A program made the position numbers and the translations under genes. 37,765 bases of DNA from Basidioascus undulatus (Eukaryota): positions 1 to 37,765 of the forward strand of contig JTLS01000048.1 of assembly GCA_000826855.1 (NCBI GenBank), written 5' to 3'. Of the stretch, positions 36,508-37,765 are shown piece by piece. Below the pieces are notes generated by a model. It was not told the DNA's origin and searched no databases. It saw nothing but the letters and a program-made list of their open reading frames with translations. Within the stretch, counting starts at the first letter, position 1. Every line of letters begins with the position of its first letter.

Positions 36508-37765
36508 TCAGTAGCACACCGTCCCCCTCTCAACGAACCGCACTCTCTCCCTCCACCCCCCCTCCTTCGCGACGCTCCACAAATACCCATCAACCTGCAC
36601 GTCGCTCACGCCCTCGAACCACTGCCCCCGGCCCTCCGGGCCGTTCGCGTACGCCACGAGCTCCTGGATCGCGTGCACCGCGCCTGCGCGGAGGATGGCT
36701 GCCTCGGAGGCGGTAAGGTGCGGGCCTTCGATGGGCGGGCGAGGGGAGAACGAGGCAGCCAGGTTGGGCGGGGGAAGGAGCAGCGAGAGGTGGATTAGCA
36801 TGGAGGGGATTACGTTGTCTGAGAACTATGGTCGAGAAGCAGAGTGAGTGGGTTGGATGTGGGGGGAAAGGGGGAGGGGGAGGGAGCGTACAGCGGGGAG
36901 CGGGCAGGTTTTGGGCGAGGGGAGCGGGAAGGGTGGAGACGGCTGCGAGCCGAAGCGGAGCTCGACGGCGTGAAGAAGGAAGAGCGCTTTTTTAAAGAGA
37001 TAGATGGGCAAGGGGACGGAGGGGACGCGGTAGCAGTCGCGGAAGGCGGGGAAGATGGACACGAGCTGGGACGGGGTGGGTGGAGTTCAGTGTCGGGAGA
37101 AAGCAGAGAAAAGCAGAGGCAGAGACAGAGAGAGGTAGGAAGAGTGAGAAGGAGAAGCGCACCTTCTCCAGCACCATATCCGCCGAGGGCCCGCCTTCGC
37201 CCTTCTCCTTCCCGGCCTTGTCCGCCTCGACCAGCGCGTCCCTAACAAACGCACCCAAGTTCTCCCACCCACCCTCCACCAAGATCTTCCCTGTCTCATT
37301 CAACACGGTTGTGATGAGCGTGACGAGCTCCGCGAGCGGCCCGCCGCGCTGCCCAACCGTGACGAACGGCATGGTAGGGTGCTGGCTCTCGACGTGAGTC
37401 GGAAGCCGCGCAAGCTCAGCGACCTGCGCCTCAGAGACGTCGCGCATTCCGCGGGCGCTGAGGAGATCCTCATCGCTCAGGTGGAGCGAGAGCACGAAAG
37501 CCCGGACGGTGTCGAACGCGCCGCGCCCCGTCGCCTCATGGAGGGGCACGCGGTACCCGGAGCCGAAGTTGAGGAGCGCGAGGACGGCGACGAGGTTGAG
37601 CTCCTCGAGAGGGGAGGAGAAGCGGAGGGGGAGCGTCACGCCGTGCGCGGTGGACAAGCGTTCAAACGTCTCGCGCGGGGTCGTCGACCAGAAGTTTGCG
37701 ATCGCATTGGGTGCGAGCTGCGATACGGGGCGGGTGGGCGCGCGTGAGGGCGGGTGGGGGATGTC
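36508..37765 (-). CDS. DUF2419/queuosine salvage (QNG1/C9orf64)-like protein, start beyond window
   Basis: LPLRFSSPLEELNLVAVLALLNFGSGYRVPLH..GRGAFD..|LVSIFPAFRD..IYLFKKALFL..LPA|FSDNVIPSMLIHL..ILRAGAV..VDGYLWSVAK..GTVCY*. The LNF, FPxFRD, KKA, DxxxPxxL, LRA and DxxLW motifs follow the DUF2419 pattern. Confidence 0.75.

Noticed and set aside
35922..37765. Functional link between the tRNA and the adjacent queuosine-salvage-like gene
   Set aside because: Queuosine modifies GUN-anticodon tRNAs (Asp, Asn, His, Tyr), not Val(AAC). The adjacency is probably coincidental.

Overview
GC-rich, intron-dense fungal DNA, most likely basidiomycete (Pucciniomycotina-like by inference): introns are mostly 50-90 nt GT-AG with CTRAY branch points, and there are many 8-12 nt micro-exons, so the six-frame ORF track shows only fragments. 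Splicing by hand gives about 15 protein genes and one tRNA, in order: HMG-CoA lyase 3' end (PTS1 -AKL), GPI-anchored Cys/Ser-rich protein, F-box/LRR-like protein, dicarboxylate carrier DIC1, GH72 glucanosyltransferase, SmE, pepsin-like protease, hydrophilin, a possibly decaying protein with a C-terminal SUMO-like domain, a head-to-head pair of vWA paralogs (one intact, one truncated), alanine aminotransferase, Dal5-like MFS permease, tRNA-Val(AAC), and a DUF2419/queuosine-salvage-like gene running off the right edge. Top leads: (1) an intron in the vWA gene with a perfect minor-spliceosome (U12) 5' splice site, unexpected in Dikarya; (2) an oversized SmE intron with a stop-introducing alternative donor; (3) the vWA pair and SUMO-like gene forming an accessory block at about 22.7-28.8 kb. 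Family assignments come from motif recognition only; no searches were run.
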